64,000 nt of DNA, from the NCBI GenBank assembly GCA_902517495.1, contig CABYCO010000004.1, forward strand, positions 1,267 to 65,266. Reading direction: 5' to 3'. Positions 41,805-53,420 of the stretch are shown here, piece after piece (the stretch's first letter is position 1; every line of letters begins with the position of its first letter). The notes under the pieces were generated by a model. The model was not told where the DNA came from, did not search any database, and saw only the letters and a list, made by a program, of their open reading frames with translations. The DNA comes from an uncultured Pelagibacteraceae bacterium (lineage in GTDB: Bacteria > Pseudomonadota > Alphaproteobacteria > Pelagibacterales > Pelagibacteraceae). A program made the translations under genes and the position numbers.

Positions 41805-43096
41805 AAATATGTATGATTGGTTCAGGCTATGTTGGATTAGTTAGCGGAACTTGTTTTGCTGAACTTGGAAATAATGTTATTTGTGTCGATAATAACACAA
41901 ATAAAATATCCAATTTAAATAAAGGTATAATTCCAATTTATGAACCAGGTTTAGAAGAATTAATTATAAGAAACTTAAAGCAAAAAAGGTTAAAATTTTC
42001 ATCAAATGTATCAGAGTCAATTAAAAAATCAGATCTTATATTTATATGTGTTGGCACTCCGACTAAAACAAAATCTAACGAAGCAGATTTAAAATATGTA
42101 TTTCAAGTCATAAAGAATATAAAAAAGAACTTAAACAAATATAAAATTATAGTTACAAAATCAACAGTTCCAGTAACTACTGGTGACAAAATCCAAAAAA
42201 TACTAACAACTAAAAGTAATAAAAAATTATTTGATGTTATTTCCAATCCAGAATTTCTGAGAGAAGGTGAGGCTATCAGAGATTTTATGTTTCCTGATCG
42301 AGTAGTAGTTGGAACAAATAGTAAAAAGGCCAATAACGTTTTAAAGAACTTATATTCTCCAATAATTAAAAAAAAAGGCAGATATTTAAATACATCAAGA
42401 AGAGCCGCCGAATTTATAAAATATGCAGCTAATGCATTTTTAGCAACAAAAATTACATTTATTAATGAAATTTCAAATTTATGTGAAAAACTTAACGTTG
42501 ACGTTAGTGATGTTTCGGTAGGAATTGGCGCTGATGAAAGAATTGGAGCAAGATTTTTAAGAGCAGGACCAGGTTATGGAGGCTCTTGTTTTCCTAAAGA
42601 CACACGTTCTTTAGTTTCTACTTCAAAAAAATTTAAAACTAATCTGTCTATTGTTAAATCAACAATTTATTCTAATGACAATAGGTATAAATATTTATTA
42701 ACTAAAATTAAGAAAATATTAAATAATAAGATTAAAAATAAGAAAATTACATTTTTAGGTGTTACTTTTAAGGCTGGCACAGACGATATGAGAGACTCAG
42801 TATCTTTAAAATTAATTCCATATTTAATCAAAAAAGGTTCAAAAGTTTCTTATTATGAACCTACAGGAATTAAAAATAATTTTGATAAAAAGAAGGTATA
42901 CTATTTTAATAATATCAAAGATGCATGTAAAAATAGTGACCTTTTAATTATTCATACAGAGTGGAATGAGTTTAAGCAGCTAAACTTTAATAGGCTAAAT
43001 AATAAAAAGAAATTTAAGATTTATGATTTAAGAAATCTATATTCACCCACAAAAATGAAAAATAAAAACATCGAATACTATAGTATAGGAAGATAA
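41801..43096 (+). CDS. ugd: UDP-glucose 6-dehydrogenase (start corrected to ATG at 41801)
   Basis: IGSGYVGL, NPEFLREG and GYGGSCFPKD motifs. Confidence 0.93.
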   Translation: MKICMIGSGYVGLVSGTCFAELGNNVICVDNNTNKISNLNKGIIPIYEPGLEELIIRNLKQKRLKFSSNVSESIKKSDLIFICVGTPTKTKSNEADLKYVFQVIKNIKKNLNKYKIIVTKSTVPVTTGDKIQKILTTKSNKKLFDVISNPEFLREGEAIRDFMFPDRVVVGTNSKKANNVLKNLYSPIIKKKGRYLNTSRRAAEFIKYAANAFLATKITFINEISNLCEKLNVDVSDVSVGIGADERIGARFLRAGPGYGGSCFPKDTRSLVSTSKKFKTNLSIVKSTIYSNDNRYKYLLTKIKKILNNKIKNKKITFLGVTFKAGTDDMRDSVSLKLIPYLIKKGSKVSYYEPTGIKNNFDKKKVYYFNNIKDACKNSDLLIIHTEWNEFKQLNFNRLNNKKKFKIYDLRNLYSPTKMKNKNIEYYSIGR

Positions 43097-43558
43097 TTAA
43101 TTAATTTCAAATATTGCGTCAACTTCAACTGCAACACCTAAAGGCAAACTATTAGTACTTACAGCAGCACGTGTATGTGTGCCTTCATCACCAAAGATAT
43201 CTTTGATCAAGTCAGATGCTCCATTAATTACTTTCGGTTGTTCGCTAAAGTCATCAGTAGAATTAACAAAACCTGTTAATTTAATACATGATTTAATTTT
43301 TGATAAATCATTTGAACAAGCTTTTTTAGCTTGAGCAATTATATTTAAAGCACATCTTTGAGCAGCATTGTAAGCTTCCTCCGTATTAAAGTCTTTTCCA
43401 ACTTTTCCTTTAATCAATTTGCCATTAGCATCTATTGATATTTGTCCAGAAATATAAAGTAATTTTCCAGAGATTTTTGTTGCAACATATGAACCAACTG
43501 GATCAGTTGCTTTTGGTAAAACTAAACCCATTTCATTTAATCTTTCATCAATTGACAT
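43097..43558 (-). CDS. RidA/YjgF family protein
   Basis: LYISGQ, VINGASD and HTRAAV..LP...AVE motifs. Confidence 0.9.
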   Translation of the reverse strand: MSIDERLNEMGLVLPKATDPVGSYVATKISGKLLYISGQISIDANGKLIKGKVGKDFNTEEAYNAAQRCALNIIAQAKKACSNDLSKIKSCIKLTGFVNSTDDFSEQPKVINGASDLIKDIFGDEGTHTRAAVSTNSLPLGVAVEVDAIFEIN

Positions 43559-46119
43559 TATCTACCTCTCTTTTTCTTTTTATTCCTATCGTATTCTTTT
43601 CTTTTCTCAATTAAAATAAGAGCTTCTTCCATTGTTAATTCAATTGGGTCTTTTTCTTCAGGTATTGTAGCATTTAACGATTTGTATTTAATATAAGGCC
43701 CATATTGACCTTTCATAATTCTTACAGGTTTTTTATCTTCAGGGTGTTCACCAAGATCTTTAATCAAAGATGATGAAATTCTTCCAGGTTTTGCCTCGGC
43801 TATTAGAGTTACAGCTCTATTAAGGCCAATACTAAATATTTCTTCAACGTTTTCTAAACGTGCCGATTTATTTTCACACTTTAAATATGGTCCAAAACGA
43901 CCAACATTAACTGTAATATCTTTATCATTTTCAGGATTTTTACCCAGTATAGCTGGAAGAGAGCATAAATATTTAGCTCTATCTAAATCTATACTTTTAA
44001 TATCAATGCCTTTGGGTATTGATACATTTTTAAGATTATTTTCCTCTTTTTTTAATTTTTTCTTTTTCTTTTTAGTTTCTTCAACATCCTCAATTTCTTT
44101 TTCAAATTGAAGATAAGGGCCAAATCTACCATTTTTCAAATATATGTCTTTACCACTATCATTTTGACCAATTAATTTTGGTTCGGCTAAAGTCAATTGT
44201 TGAGCGGCCTTAGACTTAGAAAGTGGTCTTGTAAATTTACAATCTGGATAATTTGAACATCCAATGAAAGCACCTCCACGAAAACTATTTTTTAAACTTA
44301 ATTGACCGCTATCACATAGTTTACATTTTCTGTTTATTTTTCCATCTTTATCAACTTCAAAGATTAATGAGCCTAAGCTTTCGTTAAGCATATCTAAGAC
44401 TTCTCTAGTACGTTTTTCTTTAACTTCTGTTACATTCAAATTAAAATCTCTCCAAAATTCCTCCAAAACCTTAATCCAATTTTCTTTACCTGCTGTTATA
44501 TCATCTAATTGATCTTCCAATTTTGCAGTGAAATCATAATCCACATATTTTGAAAATAATTTTTCAAGAAAAGCGGAAAGCAACTTACCCCTATCAGTTG
44601 GAAAAAATCTTTTGTTTTCTATATCTGCATAACCTCTATTTGAAATAACTGAAATAATACTTGCATATGTTGAAGGTCGTCCAATTCCTAATTCTTCTAA
44701 TTTTTTAACAAGACTTGCTTCCGAATATCTTGGTGGTGGCTGAGTGAAATGTTGTTCATCTACAAAGTCTTTAAACTCTACTTCACCTTTGCCAACTTCT
44801 GGCAATATGTTTTCATCATCTTTATTTTCATCTAATCTTGAAACCTTTAAAAAACCGTCAAATTTTAAAGTTGAACCACTAGCTTTACATATATTTTTAT
44901 TATCTTCAGATGTAATTGTTATAGTTTTTCTATCAAATTTCGCTGACTCCATTTGTGAGGATAATGATCTTGACCATATTAAGTTGTAAAGTTTGTATTG
45001 GTCTGTGCTTAGATATTTTTTCATATCTTCAGGAACTCTACCAATTTCTGTTGGTCTGATAGCTTCATGAGCTTCTTGTGCATTTTTGGCCTTTTTGCCT
45101 GAATAATTTAAAGGGGCAGGTGGCAAATATGCTTTACCATAATTTTGAGTAATGAAATCTCTAAAAGAATTTACAGCGTCCTTTGATATATTTGTTCCAT
45201 CTGTACGCATATAAGTAATTAATCCAACAGTTTCTCCATCAATATCAATACCTTGATAAAGTCTTTGGGCGATTTGCATTGTTCTAGAGGCTCCAAAACC
45301 CAGTTTACTTGATGAAGTTTGCTGTAAAGTAGAAGTAGTAAAAGGACCAGATGGGTTTCGTGTATAAATTTTAGATATTATATCTGTAATATTATATTTT
45401 TTATTTTTAATTAAATCTAAAGCATTATTAATATCTTCTTTATTTTTAAATGAGAATTTTTCAATTTTTTTACCATTTAATTGATTAATAGATGTATTTA
45501 TATTTAGATTTTCCTTCGTTAAGAAATTTAAGTTAAGTGTCCAAAATTCTTCTGGTTTAAAAACTTCAATTTCATGTTCTCTTTCTGTTAATAATCTAAG
45601 AGCAACAGACTGAACTCTTCCGGCTGATTTAGATCCTGGTAATTTTGTCCATAAAATTGGTGATATATTAAAACCTACTAAATAGTCTAGCGCTCTTCTT
45701 GCCATATAGGCATCAACAAGTTCATTTTCTATATTTCTTGGATTATCTATACCGTTTGTTACAGCTGTTTTTGTTATTTCATTAAAAACTACACGTTCTA
45801 CTTTTTTATCTTTAAGAAGTTTTTTTTCATTTAAAAACTCTTTGACATGCCAAGCTATTGCTTCACCTTCTCGATCTGGGTCAGTAGCTAAAATAATCTT
45901 TTCTGAATTTTTAGCTGTGTCGGTAATATTTTTTAAATATTTTTTTGAAAAACTATCTATTTCCCAGATCATTTTAAAAGAATTTTCTGGATCAACTGAA
46001 CCGTTTTTTGAAGGCAGGTCTCTAATATGACCATAACTTGCCAACACTGTGTAGTCTGAACCAAGATATTTATTAATAGTTTTAGCTTTTGCAGGACTTT
46101 CAACAATTACAAGATTCAT
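43558..46119 (-). CDS. topA: DNA topoisomerase I
   Basis: VESPAKAKTI, DPDREGE, SAGRVQS, ITYMRTD motifs; C-terminal GRFGPY repeats. Confidence 0.98.
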   Translation of the reverse strand: MNLVIVESPAKAKTINKYLGSDYTVLASYGHIRDLPSKNGSVDPENSFKMIWEIDSFSKKYLKNITDTAKNSEKIILATDPDREGEAIAWHVKEFLNEKKLLKDKKVERVVFNEITKTAVTNGIDNPRNIENELVDAYMARRALDYLVGFNISPILWTKLPGSKSAGRVQSVALRLLTEREHEIEVFKPEEFWTLNLNFLTKENLNINTSINQLNGKKIEKFSFKNKEDINNALDLIKNKKYNITDIISKIYTRNPSGPFTTSTLQQTSSSKLGFGASRTMQIAQRLYQGIDIDGETVGLITYMRTDGTNISKDAVNSFRDFITQNYGKAYLPPAPLNYSGKKAKNAQEAHEAIRPTEIGRVPEDMKKYLSTDQYKLYNLIWSRSLSSQMESAKFDRKTITITSEDNKNICKASGSTLKFDGFLKVSRLDENKDDENILPEVGKGEVEFKDFVDEQHFTQPPPRYSEASLVKKLEELGIGRPSTYASIISVISNRGYADIENKRFFPTDRGKLLSAFLEKLFSKYVDYDFTAKLEDQLDDITAGKENWIKVLEEFWRDFNLNVTEVKEKRTREVLDMLNESLGSLIFEVDKDGKINRKCKLCDSGQLSLKNSFRGGAFIGCSNYPDCKFTRPLSKSKAAQQLTLAEPKLIGQNDSGKDIYLKNGRFGPYLQFEKEIEDVEETKKKKKKLKKEENNLKNVSIPKGIDIKSIDLDRAKYLCSLPAILGKNPENDKDITVNVGRFGPYLKCENKSARLENVEEIFSIGLNRAVTLIAEAKPGRISSSLIKDLGEHPEDKKPVRIMKGQYGPYIKYKSLNATIPEEKDPIELTMEEALILIEKRKEYDRNKKKKRGR

Positions 46120-46156
46120 AATAAGTCAAACTACTTATAACTATTAATCTGTCAAA

Positions 46157-46732
46157 TTAATAAATTTTACTCTTAGTTTCTTCTTTGTTTATTAATCTTT
46201 TTATATTTTCCCTATGTGTATAAAAAATTAAAACAAACATAATGATGAAAAAAATTATGTTACCTTGATTAATGATTAATAAGTATATTGGTATTGAAAT
46301 TGAAGCAAATAATGATGATAGAGAAGAATATCTTGATATCAAAAAAGTTAAAGTCCAAACAATGCCAAAAACTACTGCATAATAAATATTTATAGAAATC
46401 AAAATCCCAACAAAAGTTGCTACACCTTTGCCACCTTTAAATTTTAGCCAAATTGGAAACAAATGTCCTAAAAATGCACAAAGTGCTGATATATAAACTA
46501 AATCAGGATAATTGAACTTTATAAAAATAACAGGCACAACAGCTTTTGCTATATCTAAAATAAGAGTTAGATAACCTAATGACTTATTGCCAGTTCTTAA
46601 AACATTTGTAGCGCCAATATTTCCTGATCCTACATTTCTAATATCTTTTTTAAGTAAAATTTTTGTGAATAGATATCCGAAAGGAATAGAGCCAAATAGA
46701 TAAGATATCAAAGCTGTTATTATATAATCCAT
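46157..46732 (-). CDS. plsY: Glycerol-3-phosphate acyltransferase PlsY
   Basis: GSGNIGATN, FKGGKGVAT and HRENIKRL motifs. Confidence 0.96.
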   Translation of the reverse strand: MDYIITALISYLFGSIPFGYLFTKILLKKDIRNVGSGNIGATNVLRTGNKSLGYLTLILDIAKAVVPVIFIKFNYPDLVYISALCAFLGHLFPIWLKFKGGKGVATFVGILISINIYYAVVFGIVWTLTFLISRYSSLSSLFASISIPIYLLIINQGNIIFFIIMFVLIFYTHRENIKRLINKEETKSKIY

Positions 46733-48021
46733 TATTCAGATTTAAATAATTCTTCACCCTTAACAAATGTACTTATTACTTTACCTTGAAGTTTTTTGTC
46801 TTCAATAGGTGTATTTTTTGATTTTGATATTAATTTCTCTTTTCTAACAACCCAAGGTTTATTTATATCTACAATACAAAAATCAGCATCATTTCCTGTC
46901 GATAAGTTACCTTTATTTATTTTAAGTATTTCTGCTGGTTTTGATGTTAAAGCTTTTATTATAGTTTTCAACTCTACAGATCCATTGTGATATAATTCTA
47001 AGCTCAATGGTAATAAAGTTTCAATTCCAGATGCACCAGTTTCTGCTTGAGCAAAAGTTAATCTTTTATTTTCTTCATCTTCTGGTTTATGATCAGAAAC
47101 AATAACATCAATTGTTTCATCATTTAATCCTTGAACTAAAGCGTTTCTATCAGTTTCTGTTCTTAAAGGAGGTGATAATTTTAAAAAAGTTTTGAAATCA
47201 CCAATGTCATTTTCATTTAATGATAAATTGTTTATCGAAACACCACAGCTGAAGTTTACTTTATTTTTTCTTTCTCTAATTATATCTACAGAATTTGCAG
47301 ATGAAATCTGAGCAATATGATATCTACAACTATTATATTCTAACAATGTTAAGTCTCTTTCTATAATTAACAATTCAGCGCTTATAGGAATTCCTTGGAG
47401 ACCGAGTTTTGTTGCTATGATGCCATCATTAATCATTCCATCTTTTGATAATTCTGCGTCTTCTGCATGTTGTATTATTAAGGATTTTAAATCTGCTGCT
47501 GAATTCATAATCCTATTCATAATCCTCGGATTTTGAATTGTTTTTACTCCATCTGTGAAGCCAATTATTCCTTTACTCTGTAATAATCCAAATTCGGTCA
47601 TATTTTCTCCCTCAGCTTTGACTGTTAATGCAGCTGTTGGGTAAATATTAATTTTTGATTTATCTCTTCCTCTTCTTTTTAGGAAATCAACTATTGATAC
47701 ATTGTCAATCACTGGGTTGGTATTAGGCATTGTGACAACCGATGTTACACCGCCTGATAAAGCAGCTTCACTAAGGGTTCTAAAATTCTCCTTATATTCA
47801 TATCCTGGTTCACCAACAAAAACTCTCATATCAACAATGCCAGGAAATATGTATTTTCCATTTAAATCGATTACTTTTTCTCTAGATGGTATGTTAATTG
47901 TATTTACTTTTTTTCCGACAGCTTCGATCTTTCCATTTTCTCCAATTATTATTCCTCCAATTTCATTCAAGGAATTATGAGGATCAATTATATTTGCATT
48001 TATAAAGTATTTTTTTTTCAT
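46732..48021 (-). CDS. pyrC: Dihydroorotase or dihydroorotase-like protein (PyrC/PyrC')
   Basis: Amidohydrolase fold with MPNT, PPLR and SDH motifs; adjacent to pyrB; metal motif reads DMRV rather than HxH. Confidence 0.85.
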   Translation of the reverse strand: MKKKYFINANIIDPHNSLNEIGGIIIGENGKIEAVGKKVNTINIPSREKVIDLNGKYIFPGIVDMRVFVGEPGYEYKENFRTLSEAALSGGVTSVVTMPNTNPVIDNVSIVDFLKRRGRDKSKINIYPTAALTVKAEGENMTEFGLLQSKGIIGFTDGVKTIQNPRIMNRIMNSAADLKSLIIQHAEDAELSKDGMINDGIIATKLGLQGIPISAELLIIERDLTLLEYNSCRYHIAQISSANSVDIIRERKNKVNFSCGVSINNLSLNENDIGDFKTFLKLSPPLRTETDRNALVQGLNDETIDVIVSDHKPEDEENKRLTFAQAETGASGIETLLPLSLELYHNGSVELKTIIKALTSKPAEILKINKGNLSTGNDADFCIVDINKPWVVRKEKLISKSKNTPIEDKKLQGKVISTFVKGEELFKSE

Positions 48022-48963
48022 TTATTCACAAAAAATCTTTAAGCAGGCCATCCTTACTGCTACGCCTAATTCAACTTGTTCTTTTATTACACTTTTGTTT
48101 ATATCGTCCGCTAAGTTTGTATCAATTTCAATTCCTCTATTCATTGGCCCTGGATGCATTATTAAAGCATCCTCTTTAGCATATTGAATTTTATCAGGTG
48201 TTAAGCCATAATATTCATAGTATTCTCTGTTAGATGATAGAAATGAACTTGTCATTCTCTCATTCTGTAGTCTTAACATCATTACTATGTCACAATCTTT
48301 AACTCCCTTTTTCATGTCAGAAAAAATATTTACACCAAATTTTTCAATTTCATTTGGCATCAAATTTGTAGGGGCCACGATATTTACTTCTGCACCTAAC
48401 ATGTTTAGAAGATAAATATTTGATCTTGCTACTCTTGAATGTAGTATATCTCCACATATTGCAATTTTAAGACCTTCTATTTTTTTTCTTCTATTTATAA
48501 TTGTTAAAGCGTCCAATAATGCTTGTGTTGGATGTTCTCTTCTACCATCACCTGCATTTAGTACCGCACAATTAACTTTTTGAGATAGAAGGTTACATGC
48601 TCCTGAGTCTTGATGTCTTATTACAATAATATCTGGGTGCATGGCATTTAATGTCATTGCTGTATCAATTAACGTTTCACCTTTTTTAATAGCAGAATTT
48701 GTAATATTCATTGACATTACATCTGCACCTAATCTTTTTCCTGCTAATTCGAATGAGCTCTGTGTTCTTGTTGATGGTTCAAAAAATAAGTTTATTTGAG
48801 TTTTACCTTTTAAAATATCAATTTTTTTATTTTTACTTTTATTTAATTCTATGAATTTAGAGGCTTCCTTCAGGATAGTGGTAACATCACTAACAGATAA
48901 ATCTTGGATACCTAATAGATGTTTTTGAGATATTTTAATAGCTTTTTTGGATTTAGTTGCCAT
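48022..48963 (-). CDS. pyrB: Aspartate carbamoyltransferase catalytic subunit
   Basis: [16 protein letters not shown] and HPGP motifs. Confidence 0.97.
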   Translation of the reverse strand: MATKSKKAIKISQKHLLGIQDLSVSDVTTILKEASKFIELNKSKNKKIDILKGKTQINLFFEPSTRTQSSFELAGKRLGADVMSMNITNSAIKKGETLIDTAMTLNAMHPDIIVIRHQDSGACNLLSQKVNCAVLNAGDGRREHPTQALLDALTIINRRKKIEGLKIAICGDILHSRVARSNIYLLNMLGAEVNIVAPTNLMPNEIEKFGVNIFSDMKKGVKDCDIVMMLRLQNERMTSSFLSSNREYYEYYGLTPDKIQYAKEDALIMHPGPMNRGIEIDTNLADDINKSVIKEQVELGVAVRMACLKIFCE

Positions 48964-49005
48964 TAAAATTAACTCTATAACTATATAGTGTTAACTATGC
49001 AACCA

Positions 49006-49461
49006 TTAATTTTGAATAAAATCTAAAGCACCTTGTAAAATAAAAGCAGCTGCAAACTTATCAATATCTTTCTCTCTTTTACTGACATTTATATCTAATT
49101 CACTTGATAAATTGAAAGCACCAACAGTAGATAATCTTTCATCCCACAAAGACACAGGAATATCAATTTTATTTGAAATATTGTTTGCTATATCATTTGC
49201 TGATTGAGAAGATTTTCCGTAGGTGCCATCCATATTTATTGGATTACCTATAATAATCCCTTTGATGTCATATTCTGCAATAATACTTTCTAATTCATCA
49301 ATTAATTTACCTTGTTTAGATTTTTCCAAGGTTTGAAGGGGAGTGGCAATTTTTTGATTATAATCACTTATTGCAATCCCAATCCTTTTCGTACCTAAAT
49401 CTATACCCAATAATCTTGAACCACTTGATAATTTGTTTTTGAATTCATTAATTGTGATCAT
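49006..49461 (-). CDS. ruvX: YqgF/RuvX putative pre-16S rRNA nuclease
   Basis: GIDLGTKRIGIA, DERLST and D..AA..ILQ motifs. Confidence 0.92.
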   Translation of the reverse strand: MITINEFKNKLSSGSRLLGIDLGTKRIGIAISDYNQKIATPLQTLEKSKQGKLIDELESIIAEYDIKGIIIGNPINMDGTYGKSSQSANDIANNISNKIDIPVSLWDERLSTVGAFNLSSELDINVSKREKDIDKFAAAFILQGALDFIQN

Positions 49462-49511
49462 ATTGTATATTTTTAACTTAAGTGGTACTTTGCGACATTA
49501 TTTTTTACCAT

Positions 49512-49799
49512 ATGACGATAGATCTTAAAACTGTAAAACACATATCAAAATTAGCAAGGATCTCACTTGAAGAGAAAAAAGCTGAGAAATTGGCAAATGA
49601 TATGAATTCTATATTTGAATTTATTGAAAAATTAAGCGAGCTAAAAACTGAGAATGTTGAGCCATTAACCTCTATAGCTGAAACAACTTTAAGACTCAGA
49701 GAAGACAAAATAACTAGTGATAATATAAGAGAAAAGATTCTTAAAAATTCTCCTGAAAAAAACGATGATTTTTTTGTTGTACCGAAAGTAGTTGAGTAA
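49512..49799 (+). CDS. gatC: Asp/Glu-tRNA amidotransferase subunit C (start corrected to ATG at 49512)
   Basis: ISKLARI, LRED and FFVVPKVVE motifs. Confidence 0.93.
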   Translation: MTIDLKTVKHISKLARISLEEKKAEKLANDMNSIFEFIEKLSELKTENVEPLTSIAETTLRLREDKITSDNIREKILKNSPEKNDDFFVVPKVVE

Positions 49800-51256
49800 T
49801 GACAGAAATAACATCTTTAAGCCTTTTTGAATTAATTGAAAATATAAAAGAAAAAAAAATATCATCAAATGAAGTTGCAAAATCTTTTGTAGACAGATCT
49901 GAAAAGTCAAAAAAACTGAATGCATATGTGACTGAAAATTTTGAAAATTGTCTTAAACTTTCAAAAGAGTTTGATAACAAACCAAATTTTGATTTAAAAC
50001 TTCCAGGTATTCCAATTGCTGTAAAAGATCTATTTTGTACAAATGAAGTAAGAACAACAGCAGGAAGCAATATCTTAAATAATTTTGTTCCCAGTTATGA
50101 ATCTACTGTAACACAAAATATATGGAATGAAGGCGGTATTTTGCTCGGCAAACTTAATTGTGATGAATTTGCAATGGGCTCATCCAATGAAACAAGTTTT
50201 TTTGGCAATGTTCAAAACCCAATTGCAAAAGATTTAGTTCCAGGCGGATCATCAGGTGGTTCCTCATCTGCTTTAGCAGCTAATTTAACACCTGTAACAA
50301 TAGGCACTGACACTGGTGGATCTATCAGGCAGCCAGCCTCCTTTACTGGAACTGTAGGTCTAAAACCTACTTATGGAAGCTGTTCAAGATATGGAATTGT
50401 TGCTTTCGCATCATCTCTAGATCAAGCAGGTCCGATGAGCAAAGATGTCAAAGACAGCTCCATTCTTTTAGAAGTAATATCATCATTTGATAAAAAAGAT
50501 TCAACCTCAATTGATTTTAAAAGAAATAATTATTCATCAGAGCTAACCAGAAATATCAAAGGTATAAAAATTGGAATCCCAAAAGAATACAGAGTTGATG
50601 GGATGCCAGACGAAATTGAGAAACTTTGGAAAAAAGGAATTGAGTATGCAAAAGATTGTGGTGCTGAAATAATTGATATTTCTTTACCTCACACAAGTTA
50701 TGCTTTGCCTACTTATTATATTGTAGCGCCAGCTGAAGCATCATCTAATTTAGCAAGATATGATGGCGTTAAATATGGTCTAAGATCTTCTGGAGAAAGT
50801 TTAATTGATATGTATGAAAAAACTAGATCAGAAGGTTTTGGTGAAGAAGTAAAGAGAAGGATAATGATAGGCACTTATGTTTTATCCTCTGGATATTATG
50901 ATGCTTACTATCTTAAAGCTCAAAAGGTTAGACAATTAATCAAACAAGATTTTGATCAAGCTTATAATAAAGTCGATGCTATTTTGACACCTTCAACACC
51001 TAGTTCTGCATTTAAAATTGGAGAAAAATCTAATGATCCAGTTTCAATGTATTTAAACGATATATTTACTGTTCCAGTAAACCTTGCGGGTTTGCCTGGA
51101 ATTTCAATACCAGCAGGTACAGATAAGAATAATTATCCACTAGGTTTACAAATAATAGGTAAACCGTTTGATGAACAAACAGTTTTAAATGTTGCTTATT
51201 CAATGGAGGAAAAAATCAATTATAAAAATAATATAACTGATTGGTGGATGGAATAA
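49799..51256 (+). CDS. gatA: Asp/Glu-tRNA amidotransferase subunit A
   Basis: Amidase signature [18 protein letters not shown]. Confidence 0.97.
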   Translation: MTEITSLSLFELIENIKEKKISSNEVAKSFVDRSEKSKKLNAYVTENFENCLKLSKEFDNKPNFDLKLPGIPIAVKDLFCTNEVRTTAGSNILNNFVPSYESTVTQNIWNEGGILLGKLNCDEFAMGSSNETSFFGNVQNPIAKDLVPGGSSGGSSSALAANLTPVTIGTDTGGSIRQPASFTGTVGLKPTYGSCSRYGIVAFASSLDQAGPMSKDVKDSSILLEVISSFDKKDSTSIDFKRNNYSSELTRNIKGIKIGIPKEYRVDGMPDEIEKLWKKGIEYAKDCGAEIIDISLPHTSYALPTYYIVAPAEASSNLARYDGVKYGLRSSGESLIDMYEKTRSEGFGEEVKRRIMIGTYVLSSGYYDAYYLKAQKVRQLIKQDFDQAYNKVDAILTPSTPSSAFKIGEKSNDPVSMYLNDIFTVPVNLAGLPGISIPAGTDKNNYPLGLQIIGKPFDEQTVLNVAYSMEEKINYKNNITDWWME

Positions 51257-52731
51257 TGTCTAAAAATAATTCTGAATATTTAATAGAAAGAAATGATAAT
51301 ATTTATGAAGTTGTTATAGGACTTGAAGTACATGCTCAAGTAACATCAAATTCAAAACTTTTCTCACCTTCTTCTACAAAATTTGGCGCCGAACCTAACA
51401 CTCAAGTAAGTTTAGTTGATGCAGCATTTCCAGGAATGCTTCCAGTAATTAATGAATATTGTGTTAAACAAGCTATAAAAACTGGTATTGGTTTAAAAGC
51501 TAAGATCAATAATAAGTCTGTTTTTGATAGAAAGAATTATTTTTATGCTGATTTACCTCAGGGGTATCAAATTTCACAATATAAATACCCAATTGTGGGT
51601 GAGGGCAATGTTATTTTGGATATGCCTGAAGGTCAGAAACAAGTTGGAATAGAAAGATTACATTTAGAACAGGATGCAGGAAAAAGTATTCATGATGTTG
51701 ATTCGAGCAACACACTAGTTGATCTAAATAGATCGGGTGTAGCTTTAATGGAGATTGTTAGTAAGCCTGATCTAAGATCACCAGATGAAGTGAATGCTTA
51801 TATAAAAAAACTAAGATCAATTATGAGATATTTAGGAACTTGCGATGGGAACATGCAAGAGGGATCATTAAGAGCTGATGTTAATGTGTCTGTAAGAATA
51901 AAAGGCTCAACAGATTTAGGAACAAGATGTGAAATAAAAAATGTCAATTCTATAAAGTTCATGCAAATGGCAATTATTTTTGAAGCAAATAGACAGGTTG
52001 ATCTAATAGAAGAAGGTGAGGAAATAGATCAAGAAACAAGGCTTTTTGATACAAAAAAAAATGAAACAAGGTCAATGAGGTCGAAAGAAGACGCTCATGA
52101 TTACAGATACTTTCCAGATCCAGATCTACTTCCATTAGAAGTTACGGATGAATTTATTAATCAAGTAAAATCTGAAATCCCTGAATTACCAGATGATAAA
52201 AAGAAAAGGTTTATTGATGAGTTTAAAGTGTCACCTTATGAAGCAACAATATTAGTCTCTGATATTGATACAGCTAAATATTTTGAAGAAGTTGTTGCTA
52301 AAATGGGCAAAAATCGTGATATGAAACTAGCCGTAAATTGGATTACAGGAGAATTATTTGCTGCTTTAAATAATAAAAATATTGAGATTGCCCAAACTCC
52401 AATAAGTGCAAAAAATTTAGCAAAATTGATTAATTTAATTAAAAACGGAACTATTTCAGGCAAAATTGCTAAGACAATATTTGAATTAATGTTGGATGGT
52501 GACATAGACCCTCAAATAATTGTTGAAGAAAAAGGGTTAAAGCAAGAAAGTGATCCAAAAGCACTAGAAGCATTAATTGATAAAATAATCAACGATAACA
52601 GAGAAAAAGCCATTGAATATAAACAAGGAAAAGAAAAGCTATTTGGTTTTTTTGTGGGACAAGCAATGAAAGCTTCTGCTGGAAAAGCCAACCCTCAATT
52701 AATTAATGAAATATTAAAGAAGAAACTTTAA
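51256..52731 (+). CDS. gatB: Asp/Glu-tRNA amidotransferase subunit B (start corrected to ATG at 51256)
   Basis: IGLEVH, RKNYFY.DLP and [10 protein letters not shown] motifs. Confidence 0.97.
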   Translation: MSKNNSEYLIERNDNIYEVVIGLEVHAQVTSNSKLFSPSSTKFGAEPNTQVSLVDAAFPGMLPVINEYCVKQAIKTGIGLKAKINNKSVFDRKNYFYADLPQGYQISQYKYPIVGEGNVILDMPEGQKQVGIERLHLEQDAGKSIHDVDSSNTLVDLNRSGVALMEIVSKPDLRSPDEVNAYIKKLRSIMRYLGTCDGNMQEGSLRADVNVSVRIKGSTDLGTRCEIKNVNSIKFMQMAIIFEANRQVDLIEEGEEIDQETRLFDTKKNETRSMRSKEDAHDYRYFPDPDLLPLEVTDEFINQVKSEIPELPDDKKKRFIDEFKVSPYEATILVSDIDTAKYFEEVVAKMGKNRDMKLAVNWITGELFAALNNKNIEIAQTPISAKNLAKLINLIKNGTISGKIAKTIFELMLDGDIDPQIIVEEKGLKQESDPKALEALIDKIINDNREKAIEYKQGKEKLFGFFVGQAMKASAGKANPQLINEILKKKL

Positions 52732-52769
52732 TTTTAACGAAACATATAGTCATTTTATAATTAAAATAG

Positions 52770-53420
52770 ATGGGTAATAACATTGAAATTTCTAAAAAAA
52801 TTGAAAAATATATTAATAATTTTAGTTTTAAACTAAACCCGGTCCAAGAAGAAATCATAGATTATAATAATACACTTGGAAATGAAAAGAGAATGCAAAC
52901 TGCAATATCTCAATGTCATTTTCTGCATTTAATAATAAAAATATCTAATATAAAAAAAGTGCTTGAGATTGGAACTTTTACTGGTTTAAGTGCACTTTCT
53001 ATTGCTCTTGCACTTCCTGAAGATGGAAAACTTACAGCTCTTGATAAAGATCAAGAGACAAACAAGATTGCAGTAAGTTTTTTTAAGAAAGCTTATCAAG
53101 ATAAAAAAATTCAAACGATTGTAAAACCTGCACTAAATAGTTTAGATGAATTAAAAAATCAAAAATTTGATATGATTTTTATTGATGCTGATAAGCTTAA
53201 TTATAAAGAATATTATGAAAAATCATTTCAGATGATAAATAAAGGTGGTTTGATCATAATAGATAATGTTTTATGGCATGGTGAAGTCGTAGATGAAGAT
53301 AAAATGGATAAATATACTTTAAATATAAGAGAATTAAACGAGTATATTTCACGTGATGAAAGGGTAGAACAAATAATTATCCCATTAGGAGATGGAATGA
53401 CTGTTTGTAGAGTTTTGTAA
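52770..53420 (+). CDS. Class I SAM-dependent O-methyltransferase (caffeoyl-CoA OMT-like)
   Basis: LEIGTFTG.S, FIDADK and DNVLWHG motifs. Confidence 0.9.
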   Translation: MGNNIEISKKIEKYINNFSFKLNPVQEEIIDYNNTLGNEKRMQTAISQCHFLHLIIKISNIKKVLEIGTFTGLSALSIALALPEDGKLTALDKDQETNKIAVSFFKKAYQDKKIQTIVKPALNSLDELKNQKFDMIFIDADKLNYKEYYEKSFQMINKGGLIIIDNVLWHGEVVDEDKMDKYTLNIRELNEYISRDERVEQIIIPLGDGMTVCRVL

